Source: the human T2T-CHM13v2.0 reference genome, Homo sapiens
Direction: 5' to 3'
Assembly: GCA_009914755.4 (NCBI GenBank)
Contig: CP068257.2
Span: 35,456,001 to 35,520,000, forward strand
Length of the DNA stretch: 64,000 bases
The position numbers were made by a program, and so were the translations under genes. Within the stretch, counting starts at the first letter, position 1. The number at the start of each line of letters is the position of its first letter. Below, piece by piece: positions 1-21,561 of this stretch. The notes below the pieces were generated by a model that was not told where the DNA came from, did not search any database, and saw only the letters and a program-made list of their open reading frames with translations.

Positions 1-610
1 CCCCCTTTGTGTTACTGCCCCTGTCTGTGGGCTGCGCGTCCCCTAGCGCGCGTGGCCGCGCCTTCTGCAATTGCGACCCCCGCCTAGAGCCTTGCTCGCG
101 CAAGTGTGCGTCCTTGCGTGTCTCCGAGTGACGCAGAGTGTCTGCGCATGGGTCCTGTTGAGTGCGTGATCTCTTGTGTGCGGATTTAATTCTGTCGAGT
201 GGGTGTCTCTTGTGTGCAGGTTTCGTTGGTGAGCGTGAACGTTCGTGCACACCCCTTGCTGTGTGTGCGTGTCACGACTCTGTTGCCACCTGTTTTCGTG
301 TGAACTGGCAGTCCAGTCCAGGGCCTGTCCCCACGGAACGGACCCAGGAGGGGGGTAACCTCGCCGCTCCCCTCGCCCCCGCGCCTCTTTCTGAGCATTC
401 TCTCCCACAGACGCTAATGGGAAGGGGGGTGGACAGGATCGAGTCTGGCCAGCTGCTCCGCAGTGTCGACGCTGCCAGTGTGGCCTCTTCAGCCAGCCTG
501 TTCAGGGGACAGAATAGGGGGATCAAAGATAAAAAATGAAGCCGAGACGTAGGTGAATTTGGGCTGGTACCAGTGCGCCGTGCCTTTTCCAGTGGCGCCC
601 TGGACGCCAA
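1..610 (+). promoter_or_regulatory. TTC3: CpG-island-like promoter / 5'UTR region upstream of the TTC3 coding exons
   Basis: Visibly high GC and CpG density (e.g. gcgcgcgtggccgcgcc, cgctcccctcgcccccgcgcc) that stops abruptly near 610, where the sequence becomes AT-rich. Candidate splice donors at 228|229 (TTG|GTGAGC) and 552|553 (AG|GTGAAT), and a candidate acceptor at 410|411 (ctctcccacag|). It lies upstream of the ATG exon, on the same strand. Confidence 0.55.
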
Positions 611-1419
611 AACCCCCTCAGTTGCAGAGACCTTTCAAAATATATGCACTCTCCTACTGGGCGATGCGGTCCTTAGGCGTTCTTGATGATATTTAATGGT
701 TTATAGAGTATTTTATGGCATTCACCTAAATCTCTTTCCATTTTGCCCAAGATCCTGGCGAGGGAAACAAGGTAGAAATTTTACAGATTTTACTCCTCCG
801 GAGGGAGCCTTTTCCTTATAACTACGACTCTAGTTAGGACATTTTTTTGTTGCAAGAAATTTGCGATTTATCCTAAGGAAAATGGGATATAGTATAAGGA
901 TACCTAGGGTAAGAAACTTCAAACCCATTAGAGACCCAGCTACTGCTCCGTTTGCTCAAGGTTTCGTGCTCTGCGCTCAAGGGCTGCGTTTTGGTGTCTT
1001 TGTTCTGCCCAATTTTCTCATTGTCTAATTTTCCTTTTTTTCTTTTAATTTTTGGAATATTTCAGATATCAAATACAGAGGGGGAGCTAACCAATCCATG
1101 ATTCAGATTTTACAGACGTGATTATTTAATCTTTTGCCAAATTTACTTCAGATACTCTTTTTTTTTAAAGAAATAAAATTGCTCTCAGTTCCTTCCCCTC
1201 CTTTTCTAGAGATAGCCACTGCGTTGAGGTTTGTGTATATCTTTACTTTGCATATTTTATACTTTGATCATGGTGAATCCATACACAATATATATTATTG
1301 TTTGTTTTTCAACTTTAATGGCATTAAAATATACATGCCTTTTTGCAACTTGCTTTTTTTTTTTTTTGCTCAGCATTATATTTTGAGGTTTATATATGAA
1401 CAAATTGAATGATTGTGTT

Positions 1420-5600
<4,181 letters not shown>

Positions 5601-5700
5601 TAGCAGTTGAACAGTCATAGGACTGTTCAGGTATTCTATTTCTTTTAGTCAGTTTTGGTAAGTTTTAGAAATTTGTCCTTTCATCAAGTTTATGGTATGG

Positions 5701-6003
5701 TTTTTTTTTTGTTTGTTTGTTTTTTTTTTAAGATAGAGTCTCCCTCTGTTGCCCAGGCTGGAGTAGTGCAGTGGTGCCATCTCATTGCAACCTCTGCCTC
5801 CTGGGTTCAAGCGATTCTCCTGCCTCAGCCTCCTGAGTAGCTGGGATCACAGCCATGCGCCACCATGCTTGGCTGATTTTTTTGTATTTTTAGTAGAGAT
5901 GGAGTTTCACCATGTTGGCCAGGCTCTTCACAAACTCCTGACCTCAAGTGGTCTGCCCACCTCGGCCTCCCAAAGTGCTAGGATTACAGGTGTGAGCCAC
6001 CGC
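5701..6003 (-). mobile_element. Alu SINE, antisense
   Basis: Poly-T/(GTTT) head and the reverse-complement Alu body (gcccaggctggagt...gtgagccaccgc). Flanking tggtatgg repeats. Confidence 0.9.
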
Positions 6004-6099
6004 TTGTGGTATGGCATTAATTCTCTTTTTAATCTCTGTTTTATTTGTATATGTGTTCCCCTTTTCTCATGTTGAATATTATTTATGTCTGACTTCTCT

Positions 6100-7590
<1,491 letters not shown>

Positions 7591-7929
7591 TATTTATGCG
7601 TTTTTTGAAGAAAATATCATTTTTCTTTTAGTTACATTGGATTTTCTGTCTTTTGTGTTACATCATTTCACTTCTAAGTCTAGATAGAGATTATATTTAT
7701 CCTATTTTGGATGCATGTGTTTCATGATTCTGCATTTTGTCTTTCATGAGATCTAGAAGTTTCTGAGCCCTGTATTCTTTAAATATTATGTCTCATTAGT
7801 CTCTTCTCTCCTGCTGGAACTTTAACTGGATATATATATACACTAAACTGTTTCCAGATCACTTATTCTTTATCTTTCATATTTTTTATCTCTTTGTTTC
7901 TCTTTACCAGAATTTACAGTGCTGGATAA

Positions 7930-8417
<488 letters not shown>

Positions 8418-10649
8418 TGATTTTTGTGACTCTATAGCTATTCTGTAGACTATATCAGACATTCCCAATGTCTGATATCCTTGAGGAGGGGGATGTCTAA
8501 ATTTATTGCTTTTTTGTTTTTTTTTCTGTTGTCTCTCCTCAATGTAGCTGTCACCTCATGTGTTTGGTGATCATTGATTATGAACTTCTGTTTGATCTTT
8601 GTGGTGATCTTGAGAGTCTAATTTGAGGATGCTTGCTTTCTGAAAGCATTTCTATCAGCTTTGTCTGGGAGCCAGAAAGTTTAGCTGGCATCACTTTTGA
8701 GTTCCTACATTTTGCTTCTGGCCCAGGGCTCAGTGTCCTGATCCTATTACTGCTCTTGGCACCACTACTTGTAGCACTAAACTGTAGCCAGGTTTAATTT
8801 CTAGCTCAAGGTTTGTTGCTTTTGCGTGGAGAGGGTGCCTTCACATGTTCCCCTATTTCTATGAGCTCAGCAAAAACATCCAAAAAGTGTTTTTTTTTTT
8901 AATCTAGGATATACCTTTTTCCTCCCAACAGTACATTCCCCCAGAGTGTATAGTTGACCATAACTGATGGGATCAGAAGCTCTTTATTTTAATATTTAAT
9001 TTTAGTAGTATATTTTTGTTTGATTGTGTTATAAAAAATTTTATGGTACCAAGCAAGCTTTCTTGGTGATACCAACATTTCCATTAAAACTAGTTTACAT
9101 CTAAGTTAAGATTTGAGTTATCCTAAAGAAAAGTATTAAGTAAATAGCAGTACAGATGGCAAATGGATTGCACAATATATCCTCTGGATCCATAGTGAAC
9201 CTGCAGAGATAAACCTGTGATGGTCAAACAATGTGAAAACTGCTGTCAGAGACATGGGCAGGGTGCTCTTGTTTACAGAGAAGAGGTGCAAAAATCAACT
9301 TGATGGTAGTGGGAAGATCAGGAAATGCTTCCTGAAATTGAGTATTAAGAACTAATAGACATTAGGTGGTTGCAGAATAAGTTTTGTTTAGGAAGGACAA
9401 GCAGTTGGGTATGACTGGCTTCTAGGTTGTGTGTTGTGGAGTGACTGGGGATAAAAGCAGGAGCAAGATCACAAAAGGTCTTCTATGCTTATATTAGGGA
9501 AGTTGGACTTTATTCTCAAGCTGAAGGGAAGCTGTTGCATGGTTTTAAGCAGTAAAGTGATATGATCAGAGTTTTAGAGGATGCCAAGATTGAAGGCAAG
9601 TCTGACCAGTTAGGAGACTGCTTGTTAAATTAGTTCAGAGGAGAAACAGTGAAGGCAGTGGCACTGGGCATGAAGAAGTATATGTGTGCTAATTTTAGAT
9701 TTCTTAGGGAAGCAGAAATGACAAGAGTTAGTGGTCCATTGGACAGAAATATTGAAGGAGACTGGGGAGTCTAGGTTGACTCCCAGGGTTTAGGTTTGGG
9801 CAGTAAAATGGCATGTAGAACAATTAACTGATAAACAGCATACAGAAAGAGGAAAGAACTTCATTTCATATGTGTGTTTTTGAGGAAAAGATGTTTGTTT
9901 TTGAACTTCCTGATTCAGAGGGGCTTGTGGGACATCTTGGTTAAGATCCTGTAGTAGTTCTAGTAGGGTCTAGAAGTCAAGAGATACAACCCCGCCTGGA
10001 AGGATTTGGGAGTCTTCAGCATTTGGAATTTTGGAAGCCATTGTTTACTGCAGTGCATATGAGATAATTTAAACTGGTACATAGATAAACACTTGAAAAA
10101 ATTTTAATAGATAGGAATTTAATGTGTATGAGAAACATAACTTGCACATCTAACCTTTGATAATCATGGACATTATCACTTAGGCCAAGTGAGCTCAATA
10201 AAAGGGAAATATTAACTAAAAATATATGTGATACATGGAAATGGCAAAAATCACGGTGAAGCTATGCAAATGATGCAAGTTCAGAAAGTGCTGTGTTAAG
10301 TCATGGGTGTGGTGGATAAATTCACCCAAGGAGAGAGTAAGAGTGAGAAGAAAAGAGAGTTGACATTGGGTGGCGGGGAATGGAGAAGAAGAACCCATGA
10401 AGGAAACTGAGGAAGAGCAGCCAGACGAATAGGAGGAAAACCAGGAGAAGATGGTCTTTGGAGTCCAAATGAAGAGTTCTGAGGAGGAAGTGGTCCACAG
10501 CGTCAAGTAAGTTGTAAGCTGAAAAGTGCTCTTTGGATTTAGCAATTAAGGTAGACTATTTAGCTGGAAGCATCCAAACAGTGGATTTTAAAAATACTCA
10601 TCTAACATTAATGTTAATGATAGCTGGTATTTATAGCATTTCCCATATA

Positions 10650-10862
10650 CCTGGTACTCTTCTAAGCTCTTTACATGTATTAACAGATTGATCAGGTAGG
10701 TAGTATTGTTATCCCCATTTGATATGCGAGGAAACACAGAGGAAGCACAGAGAGGTTAAGTAACTTGCCCAAGATCACACACCCAAGGAAACAAGAGAGC
10801 CAGGACTCAAGCCCAGAGTCTTGGCTGCAGAGTCCCTGTTCTTAACCACTTTGTCACATTGC
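10650..10862 (-). mobile_element. MIR SINE relic
   Basis: MIR core in reverse orientation: ccccatttgatatgcgaggaaacacagaggaagcacagagaggttaagtaacttgcccaagatcacac...agccaggactcaagcccagagtc...ctgttcttaaccac. Confidence 0.7.
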
Positions 10863-10887
10863 CTCTCTAGTTAAAAACAAAATACAA

Positions 10888-11320
<433 letters not shown>

Positions 11321-12049
11321 TTAATTGTATTGTAATTGACGCCATGATGTGTGGGCTGTGACAGTTCTTGGCTCTTTCTGTATTTTATGCCAAAAAAATT
11401 TGTAAGACAAGTGAGATTAGCATATACCTCATATTATGTGCTATAGTTTGGGTGCTCCAGTATCTTATGTTTTCTGGTCATTGTTCACTTTTAGAGTTAA
11501 ATTTTTTAAACTCTAGAAATATTCATGCAGAATAGGTCAGGTTCTAGACATTACAGATAACCAGTCTTTTGTGGAAGGTCATTAATGATCTTAATGAAAG
11601 CAGTTTCCCTTGAATGGTCGAAGTGGAAACCAAATTGTTAGGAAACTGACAGTGAATGAGAATGGAGGATTCAGATGGGTGAAAAATGAAGAGTTCTTGA
11701 TGAAGTTGAAGAATGGCTGTGGTAGGAAATCAGGAAGACATGAGCCGTAATGACTCTTGGCTATGGTCAGAGAGGAGCTAATAAAGATTTAAGAACTGGT
11801 TTCGACCCAGGTAGTGATCTGAGGTGTCCCCCTGGGGTGGGAGAGCCCAGTGAGGTAGGCAGTGAAGATCATGTTAGTTGAGGAGGTTGTTAAACTACAA
11901 GGCTAGGGTATTGTGTGCATGGACCTCGATGTGGCTGGGATGATGATAGAATTTGGAGGAAAGAGAAAAACACTGAACTAGTTGCCAGTGATCTTGAAAC
12001 GTGACAGTAACCAAGAGATAAATAGGTGACAATGACAGGAAAATTAGAT

Positions 12050-12305
12050 GTAGTAAAAGAGAGTGTTTGAGAGCAGAAGCTATGGCAACTAAAGACTGGA
12101 TTTGAATCCTTCCTAGCTTGGTGACATGAGCAAATTACTTGATTTAAGTGAGCATTTTCCCATCTGTACAGTGGAGATAACGATAATTGTGCCTGCTAAG
12201 AAGAATTGCTGTGAAGATTAGTGAAATAATGCATGTAAAACATTTGGTACAGTATGTGACACATAGTACAAATAGTTTGCTAGGAAGATTGTTATTATTC
12301 TTCAC
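12050..12305 (+). mobile_element. MIR SINE relic
   Basis: ggatttgaatcc...tgagcaaattacttgatttaagtgagcattttcccatctgtacagtggagataa...aataatgcatgtaaaacatttggtacagtatgtgacacatagtac matches the MIR 3' half. Confidence 0.65.
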
Positions 12306-13441
12306 TTGTGATATTGTGAAGTTTTCATACAGCAAATTGGACATCATGAGATGGATTGATTAAATAAATAGATTTGAACTTCAAGGACTGGTAGTGTTCT
12401 TGCTTTGGAAAGAAGAAACTTGGTTTATCCTAATAATAGTAGGATAATAATGGTGAAGTGATAGGTACAAGTAATAGTGTTTATGATGCGCTGGTGATGA
12501 TAGGAAAAGAAAGCCATTATATGGGCAAGAGCTAGAAGTAATAAAATGGTGCATTTTTCAGTGATGTTTGGCCTATGTAGCTATTCTCTGATAACTATAA
12601 AAATCCTTATTATTGAAGATTCTTCAGGAAAAAAAAACCCTTAGTCTGAAACTTTAGCACCAATCCCCCTTGCCCCCCATTGAAATACGTATTTTTAAAA
12701 CATGGCTTTTGATAATGTGAGGGTTTTTTCCTTTTTGCGATTTAGCAGTGCTGATTGTGTATTGCAGTAGTTGTGAGAGCATTAGAAGCAGCAGTCGATA
12801 GGAGGATGGAAGGTCTGGATGCCGCCTTGGGGAGTTAGGAGATTGGCAGACTTACCCTGTACCACTCTAGCCCTACTCCTTTGCCCAAGACAGAAACACA
12901 CTGAGATGGATAGGAGAATATGAGCAGTTGATAGGAAAGTTCTCAGTGGAGTCAGGATTTAGGTTAGGCCAGGAGATTGAGAATATAACAGTTTGTGTAT
13001 GATGAAATGGCATATTTCACAGAATGCAGTAAAAGCAGGTAGGGTACAAGTGCAGCAACAGGAAGATGTCTTTTCTTCATTCAGCAAACACTTATTTGAG
13101 AGCTTACCATGTGCTAGGCACATACAAAGATAAATAAGATGCCCTTGATGATCCTCTATTTAAAGGAGACATGTAAACAGGTTAACTTAGAGTAGAGATG
13201 GTGAATATGTGAACCTGAGGAAAGGAAGAAATAGATTAAATTATCTGGAGAGAGAGGAAAAGTCAGCAGAATGGGGACGAGAATCTTTCGGAGCTCAGTG
13301 TTCTGATAGGAGTTATTTCCTTGGGCATAGGTTCCAAGTATTTTTCTAATATACCATAGAAGCCAGGAAAACTTTCTTCTGTTATCTCAAATGATTTAAT
13401 TACTGACTTGAGTTTGTGTTGTCTCCTTAGACTTGTGCACC

Positions 13442-13585
13442 ATGGACAATTTTGCTGAGGGAGATTTCACTGTGGCGGATTATGCCTTGTTAGAAGATTG
13501 CCCTCACGTGGATGATTGTGTCTTTGCTGCTGAATTTATGAGCAATGATTATGTTCGTGTGACTCAGCTTTACTGTGATGGGGTG
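13442..13585 (+). CDS. TTC3: TTC3 first coding exon (exon starts ~13431; ATG at 13442): MDNFAEGDFTVADYALLEDCPHVDDCVFAAEFMSNDYVRVTQLYCDGV
   Basis: Acceptor ...gtctccttag|ACTTGTGCACCATGG (ATG in a reasonable Kozak context) and donor GTG|gtaagt at 13586. Translation recognised from memory as the TTC3 N-terminus; a BLASTP would confirm. Confidence 0.85.
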
Positions 13586-14016
13586 GTAAGTAGGTTTGCT
13601 AATTTTTCATTTTTGACATTGTGTATTGAAGGTTTTCTGGTTTAGGGCTATCTGAGTAAAGATGTTTTTGTGGTACGTGCGTTTTGACAGGGAGGTACAC
13701 ATGCTGTTGAAAAGTTGATTTGAGAAGGGAAAGTAAGCACTGGCTCAAAAATAAGATTGTGGAGTGCCAGAGAATGAGTGGTGGCAAAAGGTGGTTTTCT
13801 GACAGGGCATAAGAAAAGCTCTTGGGGAGAGCCATAGAAGCAAACTCAGGTAATACTGTAAAACGGGTCTCAAATTAAGACTCTTTGGCTGAAGATGTGT
13901 TTGAAGCATATAAATAAATGCCCACTGAAAGTTCTTTGGTTAGTTCTGATAATCCTTAGATTAAAAATCAAGAACATTTTACTAGACACAAATCAAAATA
14001 ATTTTCTTCTTTTTAG

Positions 14017-14059
14017 GGTGTGCAATATAAAGATTATATCCAAAGTGAGAGGAATTTGG
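14017..14059 (+). CDS. TTC3: TTC3 coding exon (G)VQYKDYIQSERNL, ends in phase 1
   Basis: Acceptor ttttag|GGTG and donor TTGG|gtgagt. The frame continues from the previous exon. Confidence 0.85.
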
Positions 14060-14379
14060 GTGAGTACGTTGGTATTTTTAATGTTAATTTATGGAAAGAC
14101 TACAAAGGGAGGTCCATCCATCCTGTCATAGCAATACAACAGATTTATATGCCTTTTAAAAATGTATTCTTACTAGTTTTTCACTAGAAATCAGAACTTT
14201 TCTTTGTTAAAATAGAGTTTTAGCCAGCACTTAAATATTCTTAACATTTAACAGGCTAGAATACTTCATTCATTCATTTCTTCCCTCTCCATATCCATTT
14301 TTGCCTTTTTACTATTAAGTGTTGATTCATTAAAAAAATGAGGCACAAACATTAATTTTAAACTTTTTTTTAAATTAAG

Positions 14380-14530
14380 AATTTGACATCTGCAGTATAT
14401 GGTGTAGTAAACCAATTTCTGTCCTGCAAGATTATTGCGATGCCATTAAAATAAACATCTTCTGGCCACTTCTGTTTCAACATCAAAACAGTTCCGTAAT
14501 ATCACGATTGCATCCCTGTGTGGACGCCAA
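14380..14530 (+). CDS. TTC3: TTC3 coding exon EFDICSIWCSKPISVLQDYCDAIKINIFWPLLFQHQNSSVISRLHPCVDA(N)
   Basis: Acceptor aaattaag|AATTTGAC and donor GCCAA|gtaagt. The open frame is contiguous with the flanking exons. Confidence 0.85.
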
Positions 14531-14982
14531 GTAAGTTACTATATGTTGCTCATTTTGTGTGGACAGTGATAAACATGTTACCCAATACCAAGAAATGCAA
14601 GTTCAATGGAAGGCTTATGTCTTATTCTTGTATGCTGCTCAACGTTTGTGTAATAGGGTGGAAAAAACAAATACTTGAGATTTGGATATGAATGAATAAT
14701 TGTAACATAATCAGTGAAATTCTGAATAGTACTAGATGGTAGACTGGAAGCTGAGTCAGGAGGAATTAACATGTTTGTTTATAAGTATCAGTGTTATAGT
14801 GCAGAAGAGAGGAAAAAGATACAGTATTTTGTTCATTTAATAAATAGCTTAGTTATTGTTACCTAGAGTGAAGAAAAAGAGAACTTATTTTTTAATGGTT
14901 TGAGATATATAGCTAAGCATAAAGTTCAATGAATTTGTATATATGAGAATCTAATCTTTTAAAAAATAAATTTGTCTTTAAG

Positions 14983-15070
14983 CAATTCACGTGCTTCTGA
15001 GATAAATTTGAAGAAACTACAACATCTTGAGTTGATGGAAGATATTGTGGATTTGGCAAAGAAAGTTGCT
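14983..15070 (+). CDS. TTC3: TTC3 coding exon (N)NSRASEINLKKLQHLELMEDIVDLAKKVA
   Basis: Acceptor tctttaag|CAATTCACG and donor GTTGCT|gtaagt. Confidence 0.85.
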
Positions 15071-15692
15071 GTAAGTGGTAGAATGTAGGTTCCCCCGAGC
15101 CCTTGGTTTAAATAATATAAGCATTTATATGGTGTTAGGCTCAAATGACTAATTTATAGCAATTAACAGGTAATGGTTTTAGTTTTGGTTAACCTGAGAT
15201 AAATCTGCTATCCATCAGTGCGTGCTCAGTATTTGAGAGATCAGGGAGATGGCTGATGTCATGGTTCTACGCTGGGGACCAGGACTGCATCTTGTCATTA
15301 AAGGATAGAAATTGGAACTTGTCACAGAAAGTGGGGTATGGGTTCATGAAAACCTTTGCCACAGGTTCTGAAAGTGATGTGCTCTATCTGTTGATATAAA
15401 ATCACATCACCATCAACAAATATTTTGTCTTTGGGTAGGTAGACTTTATCAGGGCAGATTTGAGGAGGTGTCCTTCATTATGCTATTGAGATAAGTTGAG
15501 AGTTTTTGTGGTTTTTAATTTTTTTTTGAAAGCTATTGGATAGCTTTTTAAATTTCAGTTGGTTATGGAGTCAAGTGTTGTTCTTGGTACTATTAAATTT
15601 AGAAAGGGCATTCTGATGTTTATTTTCTGCAGTAGTTATTTGCAGTAACATACAAACCAGTGTACCTTTATAAAAAAATTTAAGTGCAATGA

Positions 15693-16209
<517 letters not shown>

Positions 16210-16417
16210 TTATTTTACTGCTAGAACCCTATTGGAGACTATTTTGGAATTCTTGTCTTAAGATCTTAAGGGGTAACTTGGTCATGTAAATGCTTGTCGG
16301 AAGTGTACTACTGAGTACATATAGTAGTGTTCCTAAAATGTAGGCCATTTTTCCGTTAGAAAATTCAAGTAGAATTGACTGAATAAGGAAAAAATATGTC
16401 CTTTTTTTATTTTTCAG

Positions 16418-16471
16418 AATGATTCATTCCTTATTGGAGGCTTATTGAGAATTGGTTGTAAAATAGAAAAT
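16418..16471 (+). CDS. TTC3: TTC3 coding exon NDSFLIGGLLRIGCKIEN
   Basis: Acceptor tttttcag|AATGATTC and donor GAAAAT|gtaagt. 54 nt, in frame. Confidence 0.85.
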
Positions 16472-17477
16472 GTAAGTGTTAAACACTGAAACTGGCACGG
16501 CCACTGTGGATGAGTGGCAGTCATCTCACTGCTCATTTCCCCTTGCATTGGGTCCATACACTCAATGTTCTATATGTGGTATTTGGTAGTATTGACTTCT
16601 GTATTTTCCTTAAGGAGACTCCTCATTTTGGGGGTTTGGATCATTTTCTCTCTTTTTTTTTTTTTTACCCATGTACATAGTGTAATTTTGAGCCTATTTT
16701 ACAAGTTGATTCTTTTTCTCTTTTAGATTATTTACCTGGCTTATGTTTCCCCAAATGAAATTATTAGGCCTCTGGTATGAATATTTTTTGTTACATAATT
16801 ACTAGGTAATCTCCAGATTCAATGTTAAACCAATTTTTAATGAAACTGATGCCATAAACATCTATGTTTACCTTAAGCCCATTGTTAACTTTAATTTTTG
16901 AAGTTACTTTAGACATTAGAAGTACAAATAACATTTCTGTGAATTCTTGATCCTTCATGGAGATCACTGCACTGAGTGCCCATTTGCCCAGCCCCATCTT
17001 CCTCTTGTTCTTTATCTCCTTATTCTTCTGTTTGCCACAGACCACGTAAAATATGTAGTTCCTTTGGAGAACTTTAATCTATAAATTTAACCTTGGGGTA
17101 AGGATGGAAGTCTTTGTGTAGATGAGATCTGAGAACCCTCATCCACCTTGTTATATTGCACTTGCCTGCTACCCCAGGCAGTCTGGCCAGGTTGTAGACC
17201 TCAAATTGCAGGTCTGTAGTAATTGCGGAAGCATCTTGAGCTCTGAGGGTGGCCTGAAGTCACCTGAAGAGGTAACATATATGAGTCCATGGTATCTGTT
17301 AATTTATATGTCAGAGTCTGCCTACTCTAAGTTACACGCCAGAGTAGCAAAAAATAAGTGGTTGTACCAGTTTTGTAGTAAGGATCTGAAATACTTGCAT
17401 AAGATGAATTTATAATGCCACATGCAAATTTAGAATTAATAACCAAAGCCCCATTCTTCATTTCTCTTTTGAAACAG

Positions 17478-17598
17478 AAAATCTTGGCAATGGAAGAAGC
17501 TCTGAATTGGATAAAATATGCAGGCGATGTAACAATTCTAACTAAATTAGGATCAATTGACAATTGTTGGCCTATGTTAAGTATTTTCTTTACTGAAT
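17478..17598 (+). CDS. TTC3: TTC3 coding exon KILAMEEALNWIKYAGDVTILTKLGSIDNCWPMLSIFFTE(Y)
   Basis: Acceptor gaaacag|AAAATCTTGG and donor CTGAAT|gtaagt. 121 nt. Confidence 0.85.
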
Positions 17599-17700
17599 GT
17601 AAGTATAAATGCTTTAAATTGTTACTTGACTCAGTTTTTAAAGGTGTTTGGGAAAATGAGATATGTAGTTAAGTGATTTCTGATTTATCTTAGAATTTAA

Positions 17701-18073
<373 letters not shown>

Positions 18074-19288
18074 GAAAAAGAGAATTTCAAACTGGTAGTT
18101 TTATTCTATATTTTCTGTCTTAATTATTTTTATGACATTGTACTTTAAAAATTTTCACTGAATGGATATTGTAAGTTGTTATATGTAATACTCAAAGAGA
18201 CCACAACTGGGTAGTCTCCTTTGTAAGAAAAAGTCACTGAAGCTAAGCTTATGATTTTTATTTTCTTCATGAATCTGTTATTCTTTTATGTATGAGGTAA
18301 CTGCCTTACATATTTCTTTTACTTTGTGAAATATTTTTCTTTAAAGCATTTGAATATTAGCAGTGTTTTTATAGTATAGTTATAGGAATCTTGAAACAGG
18401 AAAGGTTTGGCTTTTCAGTAGATGATGACCAATAATTTACCATCTCTGCTGAGATAAAGGCAAATTTTGCACTATTGACTTAAGTGCTAGAAAGGAATTA
18501 AATGAAGACACATCTTTCTCATAGGTTTATTAGACACTGGGGTGTATTACACTGATAGAGGTTGTTCTCTTCATTGTTTTGGAGGCCCTTAATTATAAGC
18601 TAGATTTTATGGTGGAAGTAGAGAAGCAGTATCTTGTACTAGGTACACCTCTTTAGGCTTATAGCTGATTTTTTACATTCTATTTTCTTTATAATAGCTC
18701 TGCAAGGTGGCTGTTACTATCTTTGTTTTAGCAGTGAGCACACTGACTTTGAGAGGTTAAGTGTTGTTTCTGCAGTATAGTAAGTAGTAGGTAGTAGTAG
18801 GTAAGACTAGATAAGTCAGATCTCTCTGATCTCAAAGCCCAGGTTTTATTCCATGTAATCTTACTCTGTCCCTTAGAATTTCTTTATTTGGTGACTTTCT
18901 TAGGTCCTTTATTGAATCTTAAATTTTAGGTGCTCTTTTCACTTTAGAAATGAATATGTTTGGCTAGAGGCTTAACTATAGTTTTGTTGCAATAAATTTT
19001 TTTTTGCCACTTTAAAATATCCTTTTTATATAATAGCTTACAATGTAGAAAATGAGGCCCGATAAACTTTAGTTACTTACTGCATCTTAATTAGTTTATT
19101 AAATTTTTATAATAATAGTGTTTCAAATAACTTCTCATTGTAACATTTTACTCATGAGAGTCAAAATACTAAATAAAAACTTTTGAAAGTATTTATTTAA
19201 AATATGTTGAGCATCAAAAATCCAAAATCTGAAATACTCCAAAATTTGAAACCTTTTGAGCTTCGCTATGACATTCAAAGGAAATGCT

Positions 19289-19604
<316 letters not shown>

Positions 19605-20198
19605 TCATTGGAGCATTTTGAATTTTTGGATTTGGGATACTCACCCAGTATAATGCAAATATTCCAAAATCCAAAATTATCCAAAATCCAAAACACTTCT
19701 GATCCCAAGCATTTTGAATAAGAGATACTCAATCTTTATATTAAATAGATTGTAGAAAGTAGTTTTCCAGGTTTTTGTTTTCATGCATTTTTATTGAATA
19801 TTGTGCATGGTACACCATACATGCTTGACAGTGTTTATTGAATTGACTTAAGTAATTATGTGGCCTATTTGGAATATGTTATGACAGAGCATTTATTGTA
19901 AATACAATTACAACTAATATAATAATAAATAAAGGTTTTTTATTGCTAGAAATAAAAAGTGAGATTAGATTCATAGCAAGCAATAACTGATGTTTTCTGC
20001 AACATTTTATCAGTTTATTTTTTTACTGAGTTATTTAATAGACATAAAAGGTTACAAGAAACATGTGCTATTTAGAAAGAATAATAATATAGGACCTTTG
20101 TGGACTCACCTAACTCAAGAATTAGAATATTATCAATACCAATTTGTTTTTTTTAAAACAAATGTTCTCTCTTGCTCTCTCCTAAAAATAAAATTTAG

Positions 20199-20284
20199 AC
20201 AAGTACCACATAACTAAAATTGTAATGGAAGACTGCAATTTGCTTGAAGAACTTAAAACTCAAAGTTGTATGGATTGTATAGAG
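20199..20284 (+). CDS. TTC3: TTC3 coding exon (Y)KYHITKIVMEDCNLLEELKTQSCMDCIE
   Basis: Acceptor aaatttag|ACAAGTACC and donor ATAGAG|gtgaga. Confidence 0.85.
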
Positions 20285-21042
20285 GTGAGAATGAATATTA
20301 TAAATATATTTTAAGATTTGCCCATTAGAACTTTTTAACACTCAGAGGAAGTTAATAAAACTGCTGACAATATACAATTCATAAAATTGGATGACATATT
20401 TGAGGGAAAGAACTAATATCTTGATCAGAGTTTTCTAATGATTTAAAAACGATTAATTGAAAGTGAAAATTTGGTTTTTAAAAACTTTAGTCTTTAATGA
20501 GTTGAAGAGATATGATTTTCTTTGGTAACAGCTGAGATGTAATTCATGTGCTACACTGTTCACTCATAGGAAATAGGACTTTAACTCAATTTTATAAAAG
20601 GAATTTGGGAAAATATTTAATGTTGTATTGAATTCCCTAATGCTGTTGATATGATGTGATTTAGTTTATTTTTAAAAAATTGAGTGTTCGAAATGAAAAG
20701 TTTTAGTTTTTTCTCTAGCACCTTTCATATATATTCTCGTTAACCTACCAACTCATGCTTTGCAATTAATCTAATCAGCATTGCCTCTATGTTATTGATT
20801 TATATATGTTTTTCGGCACTAAGGCTTTTTTAATAACATCACATTTGCTAACCTAAAGTTAAAATTCTACTTTGCATCTATTTTTTAGCCTTATAGATAA
20901 GGTATATTTAAAAGTGGGTCTGCCAAATACCGCACAAAATTTTAGCAATTATTCATAAGGTGATGGTTTTGTTTACTTTTTAATATTCTCTAACAAAGTT
21001 AGTGTTGAGTCATTCAAGACAGGTTTATTTAAATATATATAC

Positions 21043-21332
<290 letters not shown>

Positions 21333-21376
<44 letters not shown>
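21333..21376. repeat. (TG)22 microsatellite
   Basis: Perfect tgtgtg... run seen directly. Confidence 0.95.
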
Positions 21377-21379
<3 letters not shown>

Positions 21380-21561
21380 GTGGGTGTGTATATATATATG
21401 TAACAAAATATTGGGTATTGTAATCTCATTTTCTACATAAATAATCCCCTATGTTATTTCTGATATCGAAGATAGAAATCCAGATCCATTTTTACTAGGT
21501 ATTGGGTTCTTGATGATTTTTGGAGGTAATTGATGGGTCTTCTTTCACCTTGGTTTCTCAG

